Below are positions 31,146 to 41,418 of a stretch of DNA of 64,000 nt, piece by piece. Origin of the DNA: Capsulimonadaceae bacterium (GTDB lineage Bacteria > Armatimonadota > Armatimonadia > Armatimonadales > Capsulimonadaceae); assembly GCA_965215505.1 (NCBI GenBank), contig OZ244065.1:1120001-1184000 (forward strand), given 5' to 3'. Each line of letters starts with the position of its first letter. Positions within the stretch are counted from its first letter, which is position 1. The notes under the pieces are model-generated. The model ran no database searches, was not told where the DNA came from, and worked only from the letters and a program-made list of their open reading frames with translations. A program made the translations under genes and the position numbers.

Positions 31146-31221
31146 TCGCCCGTTTCGGGCGGAGAGTGTCCTCGGAGGCTCTCGCAGGAGACTTCAGCGC
31201 GGACCCGTGAGAGTAGGAAGC

Positions 31222-31268
31222 AGAGGGCATGGCAACGGGAGTGATTCCGTCGCTGTGCCCTCTTTTTC
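31222..31268 (+). terminator. Long hairpin with T-run
   Basis: AGAGGGCATGGCAACGGGA / TTCCGTCGCTGTGCCCTCT followed by TTTT. Confidence 0.6.
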
Positions 31269-31327
31269 TGTCATGCCTACTGCGCGAACAAAGCGCCGGA
31301 GGTTAAGATTCCGGCACAGCCGTGGCC

Positions 31328-32386
31328 TCACGCGGGGCCGAAATCCACGGAAATGCGCTCCCCCGCTTCGGCGGAGCGCCGGGCGGCGTCGAGGATGCCG
31401 ATGGCGCGGCGGGCTTCGGGCAGTCTGACCAGCGGCGACGCGCCCCGCGTCAGAACGTCGGCCAGGTTCTTGTAGAAGTCGCGCCAGCGGCCGGGGACGC
31501 GCATCACTTCCTCTTCGGCCCCTGCACCTTTGAGGCGGGCGGCGTGCGCGGGGTCAGGGCATGCCGCGTCGATGTCCCCGGCCATGAGGGCGGCTTCCTG
31601 CGGGTCCATGCCGTACTGGACATAGGTGGCCTGGGTGCCGTGGGCGCAGAAGCGGGGTTTGGGGAACGCGCAGCGGCTGGACAGGTCGCAGACGGCGGTC
31701 CGGCCGCTGGCGAAGTCTATGACGATGAGGCACTCGCTGTCTGTGTCGGACTCGGGAAAGTCGCGGGGCATCCGGCAGAATACGCCAGTGATGCGCTCCG
31801 GGAACAGCAGCGCGATCTGGTCAATGAGGTGCGCCCCCAGGTCGTAGAAGCGGCCCCCGCCGAGGGCGGCCGACCCGCGCCAGCCGCCCCACGCCCCGAA
31901 CCCCTGCCAGGCCGATTCGAGCCAGCGGACGTCGCCCAGGCGGCCGTCCGCCATGCAGGCCTGAAGCGTCCGGAAATCGTCGTCCAGCCGGCGGTTCTGG
32001 AACACGGTCAGGAGGCGGCCCGCCCGCTCCGAGGCCACGATCATCTGGTCGCAGTCGGCGAGTGTCAGGCACATGGCCTTGTCGGTGACGACATGTTTGC
32101 CCGCCGCCAGGGCGCGTATCGCGAGGTCGGCATGGGTGTGGCTGGGCGTGGCGATGACGACGGCGTCCACGTCCGGGTCGTTGAAAGCCGCCTCATAGCT
32201 TGGGAAGGCCCGGCAGTCCTGCCGGGCGCGGACCGCGCCGACTTTGGCCGGGTCGCTGGTCGCCACGCCGTAGAGTTCCAGGCCGCCGGCCAGTTTGATG
32301 AGGCGGCAGTGGCAGTCGCGCCCCCACCAGCCGTAGCCGATGACGGCGATGCGGGGCCGAGTTTGGTCCGTTGTTGAGTCTGTCAT
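31328..32386 (-). CDS. Gfo/Idh/MocA-family oxidoreductase
   Basis: IGYGWWG, VIATPSHTH, KHVVTDK, FQNRR, GGRFYDLGAHLIDQ. Confidence 0.92.
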   Translation of the reverse strand: MTDSTTDQTRPRIAVIGYGWWGRDCHCRLIKLAGGLELYGVATSDPAKVGAVRARQDCRAFPSYEAAFNDPDVDAVVIATPSHTHADLAIRALAAGKHVVTDKAMCLTLADCDQMIVASERAGRLLTVFQNRRLDDDFRTLQACMADGRLGDVRWLESAWQGFGAWGGWRGSAALGGGRFYDLGAHLIDQIALLFPERITGVFCRMPRDFPESDTDSECLIVIDFASGRTAVCDLSSRCAFPKPRFCAHGTQATYVQYGMDPQEAALMAGDIDAACPDPAHAARLKGAGAEEEVMRVPGRWRDFYKNLADVLTRGASPLVRLPEARRAIGILDAARRSAEAGERISVDFGPA

Positions 32387-32495
32387 GAGCCTGTCGCCGG
32401 GCCTGGGGAGCCGGACCCTTTCCTTCGTCGGAGCGAGGAAGACGTTCCATGCAGCAGGCGGGGATTCCTCCATTCGGCAGGCCATGGCAGGCTGT

Positions 32496-33365
32496 TCAGG
32501 GAGTCGCCCTCGGCACGTCGGGCAGCGCCTGGTACTGGCCGAAGTAGGGCTGGTCCTGGCTCGGCTGGATCGTCGCCGCATAATGCTCCCACTTGACGTG
32601 CCCGTCCGCGAACGTGTAGTTCGCCCCCTGCGTGTGCCGCTCGCTGGCGACCGCGAACATGCTGTCCGAGGTGACGTAGGGCGCGTTGTCGGGCGTGTTC
32701 CCTTCCACCGCCCCCGCCTTCCCCGCCGAGTCGTAGATTTCGCCGAGCCACGGGTGGATGTGGACGTCGCAGAACTTGCCGTTGCGCTCGGCGATGTAGA
32801 TGGTGCTGGCGGGGACGTTCACCTGCGAGTCGGCCATCCCGAACAGGAAGTAGGCATTGACGAGGTAGGAGGTGACGCCCGGCAGCGGCGCGGTGGACGT
32901 GCAGGCCGTCCCCAGACCGGCCCCGTGCGGGTCGGCGTCGTCGGGGCAGACGAACAGCTTCTCGGTCAGGCTGGCCGTGTTGTCGGCGCTACCCCGGCTG
33001 ACGTAGGGCATGATCTTCTCGAAGGGCGAGCCGAAGTCTATACCTTCGTAGGAGCCATCGAAGTCCCCCGGCGGGTTGGTGGTGCTGGTTCCCACGGCCG
33101 GGTCGGAGCATGCGGGGTGTTCCTGCGGGTAGCGCTCGTCGTTGTCCTGGAGGTACTGGATCAGGGCGATCCCGATCTGGCGCATGTTGGAGCCGCAGGA
33201 GGCGCGTCGGGCGTTCTCGCGGACCTTCTGGAAGACGGGGAAGAGGATCGCCGCGAGAATCGCGATGATGGCGATGACGACGAGCAGCTCGATCAGGGTG
33301 AAGCCGACGGCCGGGCGGCGGGCGGCGCGCACGGGCGCGCGCCCACGGGTATGTTGGCGTGTCAT
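32496..33365 (-). CDS. Prepilin-type N-terminal cleavage/methylation, DUF1559 / H-X9-DG protein
   Basis: [64 protein letters not shown]. Confidence 0.93.
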   Translation of the reverse strand: MTRQHTRGRAPVRAARRPAVGFTLIELLVVIAIIAILAAILFPVFQKVRENARRASCGSNMRQIGIALIQYLQDNDERYPQEHPACSDPAVGTSTTNPPGDFDGSYEGIDFGSPFEKIMPYVSRGSADNTASLTEKLFVCPDDADPHGAGLGTACTSTAPLPGVTSYLVNAYFLFGMADSQVNVPASTIYIAERNGKFCDVHIHPWLGEIYDSAGKAGAVEGNTPDNAPYVTSDSMFAVASERHTQGANYTFADGHVKWEHYAATIQPSQDQPYFGQYQALPDVPRATP

Positions 33366-33423
33366 TGCGGTCTCCTTAGTTGTGAGTGGGTGTCGTGCGC
33401 CGTGGCAGGGCGCTGTCAGCCGG

Positions 33424-33900
33424 TCACAGGAGACAGGGCGGAGGCGTGGGGGGGATGTCCAGGCGGGAAGGGGCGGACTGGCCCGCCGCTCGGAGGAAGA
33501 GCGTTCCACCAAGGGGAATAGGGGCGAAGGCAGCCTCGTTGGGGACAGTTACGGGCCAGGAGGTGACGGCGGCAAGGATGGCGGGAATGCCCCGGTCGCA
33601 GCGGGCACGCAGGACGGCGCCCTGTCCCGGCGTCATGCCCTTCGCGCCGCAGCAGCACCGCATCACTCCGCCGCCCTTCATGTTCCGGCACATGGCGCAC
33701 TGCATGACGGGGGCAGGGGAACAGGTGTGGGCGGCCTGATTCGCGGGCATTATTCGGGGCGCGTTTACGGCGCACAGGGCGGCCCCTGACGCTCCCAGCA
33801 ATGTGTAGAAGCCCCAGAGCAGTGCGAGGGCAGCCGCCAGCCGCTGACGCCGTTCTCGGCGCGTGACGGGGTATTTGCGAATGCTGACTCCTAGAAACAT
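33424..33900 (-). CDS. Cys-rich membrane leader protein with a C-terminal polyproline (DUF2946/CruR/CutF-like)
   Basis: Basic patch plus TM, HTC, CAMC, CCC, C-terminus [11 protein letters not shown]; start uncertain. Confidence 0.6.
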   Translation of the reverse strand: MFLGVSIRKYPVTRRERRQRLAAALALLWGFYTLLGASGAALCAVNAPRIMPANQAAHTCSPAPVMQCAMCRNMKGGGVMRCCCGAKGMTPGQGAVLRARCDRGIPAILAAVTSWPVTVPNEAAFAPIPLGGTLFLRAAGQSAPSRLDIPPTPPPCLL

Positions 33901-34022
33901 TGCCGGGATTATTCCACGAAACGCGCCGGATGTAAACGGGCAGAAAACGTCCCCAAATTTAATCGGGGGAGAACGGCCCTCTTCATGGAACAATTCGACC
34001 GAATACGGGAGATACATCGCCG

Positions 34023-34667
34023 ATGTGGGAAAAAGGAATAAGAGTGAGTTACACTGCACTGCTGCGTTCGGCAACGCTCGGCACCCTCGCGCTCTGCCTT
34101 CTTGGGGGCACATGCCTGGGGCAGCCGAACGGCCCGACGGCGGCCAAACATTTGGAGGCGCTCCCAGCCACGGGCCTCGACGGCAAGGCGCTGGACCTGA
34201 CGGCGCGGAGGGGGTGGAAGGTCATCTACTTCTGGAGCGTGGACTGCCCGTGTGTCCGCGACTGTGAGCAGTTCAGCCTGATCCCGCTGGCGCGCAAGTA
34301 TGCCCGGCGCGTCACCTTTTATGCCGTGGCCGCCAACCGGCTCGACCTGGCCGCAGCCAGGGCCGACCACCCCAACTTTTTGGGCAACGTCGAGACGCAC
34401 GGGCTGCCCTACGCGGTCGTCCTCGACCCGAAAGGGGCCGTCGCCGCCTCCCTCGGGGCGGTAGTGACCCCGCAGACGTTCCTGATCGACCCGGCGGGCC
34501 GCGTCCTCTTCAGCGGGTCCCCGGACGACTCGTGGATGGTCAAGAACCGGACCGGGCGGCCCGGCGTGACGCAGACCTACCTCGCCGATGCCTTGGACGA
34601 GGCCCTGAGCGGCCGGGCCGTGTCCCGCCCCCACGTCAAGAGCCTCGGGTGCGGCATTTCCCGCTGA
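34023..34667 (+). CDS. Exported redoxin/thioredoxin-fold protein
   Basis: Signal peptide, FWSVDCPCV, GAVVTPQTFLID, YLADALD..GCGI; start may be the GTG at 34044. Confidence 0.85.
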   Translation: MWEKGIRVSYTALLRSATLGTLALCLLGGTCLGQPNGPTAAKHLEALPATGLDGKALDLTARRGWKVIYFWSVDCPCVRDCEQFSLIPLARKYARRVTFYAVAANRLDLAAARADHPNFLGNVETHGLPYAVVLDPKGAVAASLGAVVTPQTFLIDPAGRVLFSGSPDDSWMVKNRTGRPGVTQTYLADALDEALSGRAVSRPHVKSLGCGISR

Positions 34668-34689
34668 TGCGGCCCGCCCTGGCCCAGGG

Positions 34690-36042
34690 CTATTTACCCC
34701 CCACCCCACCGCGCTGACGGGCGAACGCCTGTAAGGCCGCCTGGAGATAAGCGTCATCGGTGGGTGTGCCCGCCAGGGCGATGTCAGGGTCAACCCCGTG
34801 ACCTTCCAGATGGACGCCGTTCAGCGTCAGGTCCTCGACGGCGAGTTCCAGCAGGAAGTCCGGCCCGACCGGGAAGGATTTGCCGATCGGGAAGGTTTCC
34901 AGGCCCAGCACCGCCCCCGCCGTCCTCTGCCCGACCAGAGTGGCGCGCTTCGACTCCTGGAACGTCCACGCCAGCCATTCCTTGGCGGAGCGGGTGCCGT
35001 GGTCCACCAGTACGACCAGCGGCTTGCCGTAGCCCTCGTGTCGCTCGGCCGAGCGGGATGTCTGACGGAAATGCGCCGAAACCTGGAAGTCGGGCCGGAA
35101 GAACGGGTCGGCAAAGCCGGTCGGGGAGCCGCCATAGCCCTGCCGCAAGTCCAGCACCAGCCCGTCGGTGTCGTGCAGCCGCCCCGTGACCAGCCCCTCC
35201 AGGACAGCCTGGAACCGCGCATCCCCCATGCACCAGAGGTGGACGTAGCCGACCCGACGCCCGTCCGGCAGCGGGATGACGCGGGCGCTCTTCTCGGTCG
35301 CCGCCAGCATCAGGTCCAGGGGCGTCTGCGCGGTGGGCGTGACGGTGACGGCGGCGGTGACGCCCAGGCGGCGGTAGCCCAGTCGGGCCGGGGTCGGGCC
35401 GAACTGGGTCATCCCGTGATAGGGCCGGCCGTCTACGGAAACCAGCACGTCGCCCGCCCGCAGGCCCGCCCCCGCCGCAGGCGACCCGTCGAGGACGGCG
35501 GCGACCCGCGCGGGGTCGTCCGGGGCAGGCAGGCAGCCGATCATGTAAGGCCGCCGCACGATGTTCTGCGCCCCTCCACCTGCTGGAAATAGGTAAAGAT
35601 ATCGGGGCGTGCCGGGCTGCCTCCCCACCACCCGCCCTGGGGGGAAGTCTCGGAGGTTGTTGGGCTGACCGCCCACCACTTCAGGCAGCAGGTAGAACTC
35701 GAAGTCGTCCGGGCCGTAGAGGCGCGTGTGCGAGGCATGCAGGCGGGCCAGCAGGCCATTCATCAGGGCGAGGAACTGGGCGTCATTCGTGACCGACTTC
35801 ACGCGCGGGGCGTATTCGGCCTGGACGCGCGGCCAGTCGAGGCCGTTGAAGCCTGCATCGTAGAAGTGACCCCCGACCGCCTTGCACAAGGCGGCGAAAT
35901 CCTGTTCGTAGGTCATAGGGGCCGCCGGGCCGTTCGTCGCCGGGGCCGCCGCAGCGAGGGGAACGAACGCGGGTGGCGATTGCGCGCGGCAGACGCGCCC
36001 GGCCAGCGGCATGACAAGCCACAACAAAATCGGCCACAGCAT
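34690..36042 (-). CDS. S41-family peptidase with PDZ domain
   Basis: GLDW, LHASHT, GSPAAGAGL, LDLRQGYGG, TRSAKE, GQRTAGAV, EGHGVDPD; start uncertain. Confidence 0.88.
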   Translation of the reverse strand: MLWPILLWLVMPLAGRVCRAQSPPAFVPLAAAAPATNGPAAPMTYEQDFAALCKAVGGHFYDAGFNGLDWPRVQAEYAPRVKSVTNDAQFLALMNGLLARLHASHTRLYGPDDFEFYLLPEVVGGQPNNLRDFPPGRVVGRQPGTPRYLYLFPAGGGAQNIVRRPYMIGCLPAPDDPARVAAVLDGSPAAGAGLRAGDVLVSVDGRPYHGMTQFGPTPARLGYRRLGVTAAVTVTPTAQTPLDLMLAATEKSARVIPLPDGRRVGYVHLWCMGDARFQAVLEGLVTGRLHDTDGLVLDLRQGYGGSPTGFADPFFRPDFQVSAHFRQTSRSAERHEGYGKPLVVLVDHGTRSAKEWLAWTFQESKRATLVGQRTAGAVLGLETFPIGKSFPVGPDFLLELAVEDLTLNGVHLEGHGVDPDIALAGTPTDDAYLQAALQAFARQRGGVGGK

Positions 36043-36229
36043 GTGGGCACGGCTTCGGCACATAGGTGTCATCATGGGAGTGCGAGGGGTCCAGTCTTCG
36101 CCGGGGAATCCACTCGGCTCCCCCGTTATTTCTCTTGTTATACGGCAGGCGCGAGCGCAGAAGTTCGCGGACGTTCGAGCGCAGCGCCGACACCTGAAAA
36201 GCAATGGTTGCATGGTAAAATAGGGGAAT

Positions 36230-37357
36230 ATGATCAATGTTTTCCAGCCGGCATTGCAGCAGGAGGAGCTGGAGGCCGTTCAGGAAGTCTTCGCCTCCAA
36301 CTGGATCGGGAAAGGCCCCAAGACGAATCAGTTCGAGCGGGAGTTCGCGGGCCACCTCGTCGTTGACCCGCGCCTAGTCCGCAGCATCACCTGCTGCACG
36401 GAGGGGCTGTTCCAGGCCATCGCCCTGCTCGGCCTGAAAGCGGGGGATGAGGTCATCCTCCCGGCCATCAGCTTCGTCGGGGCCGCGAACGCCGTCGCCT
36501 CCCAGGGGGCGCGGCCGGTCTTCTGCGACGTTGACTTGCGGACGCTCAACCCCACCGGGGCGGACATCGCCGAGAAGATCACGGCGCGGACGAAGGCCCT
36601 GATCGTCTCCCACTACGGCGGCGTTCCGTGCCGGATGGATGAGATCGTTCCTCTCGCCGCCGCGCACCGGATCGCGGTCATCGAGGACTGCGCCTGCGCG
36701 GTGGCCTCGCGCTTCGAGGGGAAGGCCTGCGGCACCCTGGGCGAGATCGGCGTCTGGTCCTTCGACTCCATGAAGATCCTGTCCACCGGGGACGGCGGGA
36801 TGCTCTGCTGCAAGACGGTCGAGATGGCCCAGTGCGCGGAGCGGGAGATCAACCTGGGCCTGCTGACGCGCAGCGGTTTCAGCAACCAGGACAGCGAGAA
36901 GTGGTGGGAGTTCGAGGTCGCTTCGGCGGGCCGGCGGGCGGGGATGAACGATCTGACGTCGGCCATCGGGCTGGCGCAGCTCCGGAAGCTGGCCGGGTTT
37001 GTCGCGCGCCGCCGGGCCATCTCGGACTGTTATACGAGCGTTCTCGGTGGGCTGTCCTGGCTGCGAACTCCGCCCCCGGTTCCGGTGAATAGCGAGTCTT
37101 CCTACTACTTCTACTATGTCCAGGTGCCGCCGGCCCTGCGCGACCGTCTGGCCGTGTTCCTGCGAAATGAGGGCATCTACACGACGTTCCGCTACTACCC
37201 GCTGCACCGGGTCTCATTTTACGGCGCGAAGGACTCCCTGCCGGACACGGAGAAGGCCGCCGCTTCCACGCTCTGCATCCCGCTCCACCCCTCCCTCTCC
37301 GACGACGACGTGGCGAAAGTGATCGAGGCGGTCGTCCGCTTCGGGAAGGCGCACTGA
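36230..37357 (+). CDS. DegT/DnrJ/EryC1/StrS sugar aminotransferase
   Basis: GDEVILP, HYGG, IEDCA, SFDSMKILSTGDGGM (PLP lysine). Confidence 0.93.
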   Translation: MINVFQPALQQEELEAVQEVFASNWIGKGPKTNQFEREFAGHLVVDPRLVRSITCCTEGLFQAIALLGLKAGDEVILPAISFVGAANAVASQGARPVFCDVDLRTLNPTGADIAEKITARTKALIVSHYGGVPCRMDEIVPLAAAHRIAVIEDCACAVASRFEGKACGTLGEIGVWSFDSMKILSTGDGGMLCCKTVEMAQCAEREINLGLLTRSGFSNQDSEKWWEFEVASAGRRAGMNDLTSAIGLAQLRKLAGFVARRRAISDCYTSVLGGLSWLRTPPPVPVNSESSYYFYYVQVPPALRDRLAVFLRNEGIYTTFRYYPLHRVSFYGAKDSLPDTEKAAASTLCIPLHPSLSDDDVAKVIEAVVRFGKAH

Positions 37358-37364
37358 GGCCCCG

Positions 37365-38882
37365 ATGCCGGCCCTTCCTGTACGGCTTCCTATGGGGCCG
37401 CGAAGACTCCTCCTGCTCAAGAACGCTGGGGCCAACCTCGTGCGCGGCGGGGCCTCCCTCGTGTCCGGCGTCCTACTGCCCCTGTTCCTGGTACGCGCCC
37501 TTTCCCCGGACCGGTACAGCGCGTGGGCACTCGTGATGCAGTTCTCGGCCTACGCGCTGTTCCTGGACTTCGGGGTCCAGACGGTGCTGGCGCGTTTCGT
37601 CGCCCAGGCGACGGCGCGCGGCGAGGCGGCGCGGCGCGGCGAGGCCGTGAGCGCCGCCTTTGCACTCCTCACGGGGTCGGCCCTGCTGGCCTACCTGCTC
37701 ATCGCGCTGCTGGCCTGGCAGCTCCCTCGGCTCCTGCATGCCCTCCCGCCCGGCACGGTCGCGGAGGCGCGGCTGGCACTGCTGATCGTCGGCGGGGCGA
37801 CCGCGCTGTCGCTGCCGGCGTCCGTGGTGCAGGGCCTTTTCGTGGGCCTCCAGCGCAACGAGGTGAGCGCCGCCATCATTGCCGGCAGCCGTCTGTGCGG
37901 GGCGGGGGCTGTCCTGACGGCCACCCACTTCGGCGGCGGGCTGGTGGCCCTGGCGGCGGGGCTTGCGGGCGTGGGCGTGGTTTCCTGCGGCGCGCAGTTC
38001 TGGGTCTGGCGGGGGCTTGCGGGGGAAATACGGTTCGCGCCACGCCTGCCCTCCGGGGCGGTCGTGTGCGCGATGCTCCGGGACTGTTCCGGGCTGTGCG
38101 TCTGGTCGGCGGGCGAGCTGCTGGTTGGTGGCCTGGACCTGGTGTTCGTCGCCTTCGTTGACTTCCCCGCCGTCGCGTCCTACAGCGTCGCGGTCGCACT
38201 AGTCCTGGCGCTCCAGGGTCTGAACAACGCCCTGTTCGCCGTCCTGATCCCCGAGGCCGCCATCCTGGGGGCGCGCGGCGAGGCCGGGCGGCTCGGGGGG
38301 ATGCTGGTTTCGGCGACGCGGTACGGGGTGGTCAGCCTGATGCTGACCGGGCTGCCGCTCATCCTGGGGGCCGTGCCGATCCTGTCGCACTGGCTGGGCG
38401 CGTCCGCCGGGCCGCACGCGGCGTCGGTCCTGCGGCTCCTGGTGGCCGCCAACATCCTCCGGCTGACCGCGACGCCCTACGCCGCGCTGCTGATCGGCAC
38501 GGGGCAGCAGCGCCTGGTGTGGCGGACGCCGCTGCTCGAAGGGGGCATCAATGTGGCGGCGAGTCTGGCGTTCGGTCTGGTCTGGGGGGCCGCCGGGATC
38601 GCCCTGGGGACGCTGCTCGGCGCGGCCGTCGGCCTGGTCAGCCACTTCTTCTACGACCTGCCGCGGACGCGGGCCATCGCCGCCCCGCGCCGGCGTCTCC
38701 TTCGGGACGGCGTACTGCGCCCGCTGGCGTGGACGCTGCCGCTCACCCTGCTGCTGCCGTCCAAGACGCTGCCGGGGTGGGTGGGCCTCGGCCTGCTGGC
38801 GCTGCTCTGCGCCGGCTTCCTGGTGGCGGGCGTGGTGGCGGAAAGGGGAAAGAAATGCCTGGGACCGGGCCTGTCGGGGTAG
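37365..38882 (+). CDS. Oligosaccharide flippase (Wzx/MOP family)
   Basis: Many TM helices, LDFGVQTVLARF; between an aminotransferase and a GT2 gene. Confidence 0.85.
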   Translation: MPALPVRLPMGPRRLLLLKNAGANLVRGGASLVSGVLLPLFLVRALSPDRYSAWALVMQFSAYALFLDFGVQTVLARFVAQATARGEAARRGEAVSAAFALLTGSALLAYLLIALLAWQLPRLLHALPPGTVAEARLALLIVGGATALSLPASVVQGLFVGLQRNEVSAAIIAGSRLCGAGAVLTATHFGGGLVALAAGLAGVGVVSCGAQFWVWRGLAGEIRFAPRLPSGAVVCAMLRDCSGLCVWSAGELLVGGLDLVFVAFVDFPAVASYSVAVALVLALQGLNNALFAVLIPEAAILGARGEAGRLGGMLVSATRYGVVSLMLTGLPLILGAVPILSHWLGASAGPHAASVLRLLVAANILRLTATPYAALLIGTGQQRLVWRTPLLEGGINVAASLAFGLVWGAAGIALGTLLGAAVGLVSHFFYDLPRTRAIAAPRRRLLRDGVLRPLAWTLPLTLLLPSKTLPGWVGLGLLALLCAGFLVAGVVAERGKKCLGPGLSG

Positions 38883-39859
38883 TGACCGTGACCTACAACA
38901 GCGGCAAGGTCCTCGACGACTTTTTCGACTCGCTGCTGGCACAGACGCATCGGGACTTCCTGCTGTTCGTCGTGGATAACGCCTCGGAAGACGATACGCT
39001 CCGTAAGATCAGGGAGCGGGACGACCCGCGCATCGTCCTGATCGCGAACGAGAAGAACACGGGCGGGACGGGAGGCGACAACCAGGGCATCCGGGCCGCC
39101 CTCGATGCCGGCTGCGGGAGCGTCCTGCTGCTCAACAACGACACGGCCTTCGGGCCGGGCCTGATCGAGAGTCTTGTGTCCGGCCTGGACGCCCACGACT
39201 GCCAGATGATCGCGCCGAAAATGCTCTTCCACGACCGCCCGAACCGGATCTGGTGCGCGGGAGGGCGGTTCAGCCCGTGGCAGACCTATGCGGGGGTCCA
39301 CCGGGGCGAAGGGCGCGTGGACCGGGGCCAGTACGACACGGCGATGCGGGTGGCCTACTGCCCGACCTGCTGCATGCTGATCCGCCGCGTCGTCTTCGAG
39401 AGCATCGGCGTCATGGACGAGAAATACTTCCTCTACTGGGACGACACCGACCTCTGCCTGCGCGCCGCGCGGGCGGGTTTCAGGCTCGTCTACCTGCCCG
39501 AAGCGACCTTGTGGCACAAGGTCAGCAGCCTCACGGGCGGCTATCAGTCGCTGGCGGCGCTCCGGTACGTCGTCCGCAACCGGGTCTACTTCATCCGCAA
39601 GAACGTCCCGCCGGTCTGGCGGCCGTACTGCTTCTGGTTCTGCTTCGTGCGCGCCGTCCTGGGCCTCTTGATGGGCCGGGACAGCCTCCAGGTGTTTCGA
39701 TTGAGGCAGGAGTGGTTCCGGGAGGGTTGGGCGATGCCGCTGCCGCCTCGCCTCAGTGCCGACCGAGGCCCACGATCACCTTCTTCGCCACCGTGTTCAC
39801 GCCCGGCGGGCCGATCCGGGGCATCAGCCCCAAGGTTTCCGCCGTCGCCGCCGTCTTGA
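38855..39859 (+). CDS. Glycosyltransferase family 2
   Basis: VVTVTYN, VDNASED, LLLNNDT, DEKYFLYWDDTD, WHKVS. Confidence 0.92.
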   Translation: MPGTGPVGVVTVTYNSGKVLDDFFDSLLAQTHRDFLLFVVDNASEDDTLRKIRERDDPRIVLIANEKNTGGTGGDNQGIRAALDAGCGSVLLLNNDTAFGPGLIESLVSGLDAHDCQMIAPKMLFHDRPNRIWCAGGRFSPWQTYAGVHRGEGRVDRGQYDTAMRVAYCPTCCMLIRRVVFESIGVMDEKYFLYWDDTDLCLRAARAGFRLVYLPEATLWHKVSSLTGGYQSLAALRYVVRNRVYFIRKNVPPVWRPYCFWFCFVRAVLGLLMGRDSLQVFRLRQEWFREGWAMPLPPRLSADRGPRSPSSPPCSRPAGRSGASAPRFPPSPPS

Positions 39860-40034
39860 GGACCGTCTTGCCGCCGTTGACCAGCCCCTTCGTCACGGGA
39901 TAAGTGGCCGCCGCGACGCCTTTCCCCAGGTTGATCTTGGGGAGCCGGAGCCGTAGGTGTGGGCCTGCCGTCGCCTGGGCGGCGAGGAAGACGGTCGCAG
40001 CGGCGGCGAGGCATGTGGAGAAGGTTCGTGTCAT
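39753..40034 (-). CDS. Small secreted basic hypothetical protein
   Basis: Signal peptide ending AQATA; GGGAG SD; convergent overlap with the GT2 tail. Confidence 0.55.
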   Translation of the reverse strand: MTRTFSTCLAAAATVFLAAQATAGPHLRLRLPKINLGKGVAAATYPVTKGLVNGGKTVLKTAATAETLGLMPRIGPPGVNTVAKKVIVGLGRH

Positions 40035-40235
40035 GGGGCTGACTCCCTGTGATGCAGAAAAGTTGAAAATGTTATCGGCGGAAACGGGCGGACGCACGAG
40101 CGCGGGCCGACAAACACACTATATCATAGCCGGGCGCGAATGGCAAATGCCCGGCAGGCGCGAGACACGCCGCGCATCGGGACACTGGGGCACCTGGTAT
40201 AATGGCATCCAGACCAAGAGAGAGGGGTAACCACG

Positions 40236-41408
40236 ATGAACATCGTTCCATGCATGGTGGCGCTGGCCGCCCTCCTGTCAGTGGCGGCCAGCAACCTGGA
40301 GGGCGTGACGCGCTCCGCACCCCGCGCAGGCGCATTCCAGGCAGTCCCCTCACCGCGCTACAAAATCACTACACTCGGCACACTCCTCCAGGATGACCAG
40401 ACACCGGGGAACAACCCCACAGCCTATGATGGGATCTCGGAGGCGTACTCCATCAATAACCACGGTCAGGTCGTTGGTGACTCCACGGCCCGCTCTGCCG
40501 GCCACCACGCCTTTCTCTGGCAGGACGGCAGGATAACCGACATCGGCCTGTCTCACCCAAACCGGGGGAGTGTCGCCAGGGCGATCAATGACAAAGGTCA
40601 GGTCGCCGGAAGCCTCGACGTCGAAGGCGGACGCCACGCCTTCCTCTGGGAGCGCGGCAGGATGCGGGACCTGGGCACTTTGGGCGGCTCGGTGAGTTCC
40701 GCCCTGGCGCTCAACAACAAGGGGGAAGTCGTCGGCTACTCCGATCTTGCGCCTAGGATGGTCAGCGGTGCCGTGGGGAACGGTCCATTGGACAAGCCGT
40801 GGCGGCTCGCGATGCTCTGGACCGAGCGGAGAGGCATGACCGCGCTGGGCGTCTTCCCGAATACCTTCAGCAGCACCGCTACCGGCATCAACGACAACGG
40901 CGTGGTCGTCGGCACGATGGTGACCGTCCACCCCCAGGCCCAGCCCGCCGTCGCCTGGGAGGACGGGAAGCCGCGCATCATCGGCTACGACTACGACCCC
41001 GGCGGCAATGACAACCAGGCCGGCGGCATCAACAGCCGGGGCCAGATTGCCCTCCAGCAGATGCCTCATTCCAGCCGCACACCTCCTTATGACCAGTACA
41101 CCCCCTCCTCCGTCAACGATGCAGGTCAGGTAGTGGGCAGTTTCTGGCGCTCCAGTGACTCGCGCGGCTTTCCCGTCAACCTTCCTCCCGAGGACTGGGG
41201 ACCTGAGAAAACGGACCACGCCTTCGTCTGGCAGCACGGCAGGGTGTATGACCTGAACACCTGCCTGAGCAATGGGGCGGGGTGGCTGCTCACAGACGCG
41301 CGGGGCATCAACGCCAAGGGCCAGATCGTGGGGACCGGCTTCCTGGCGCAGGACCCGAAGGAACCCGCCGTCAACCGCAGGATGGCCTACCTGCTGACGC
41401 CCCTGTGA
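40236..41408 (+). CDS. Extracellular HAF-repeat protein
   Basis: Repeated INxxGQVVG..HAFLW..DLGTLGG. Confidence 0.9.
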   Translation: MNIVPCMVALAALLSVAASNLEGVTRSAPRAGAFQAVPSPRYKITTLGTLLQDDQTPGNNPTAYDGISEAYSINNHGQVVGDSTARSAGHHAFLWQDGRITDIGLSHPNRGSVARAINDKGQVAGSLDVEGGRHAFLWERGRMRDLGTLGGSVSSALALNNKGEVVGYSDLAPRMVSGAVGNGPLDKPWRLAMLWTERRGMTALGVFPNTFSSTATGINDNGVVVGTMVTVHPQAQPAVAWEDGKPRIIGYDYDPGGNDNQAGGINSRGQIALQQMPHSSRTPPYDQYTPSSVNDAGQVVGSFWRSSDSRGFPVNLPPEDWGPEKTDHAFVWQHGRVYDLNTCLSNGAGWLLTDARGINAKGQIVGTGFLAQDPKEPAVNRRMAYLLTPL

Positions 41409-41418
41409 CGAGGACAGC

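Noticed and set aside
39753-39859. 107-bp convergent overlap between GT2 and a small secreted ORF as a regulatory device
   Set aside because: The GT2 tail is low-complexity and probably just runs on after loss of a nearer stop; no evidence of function
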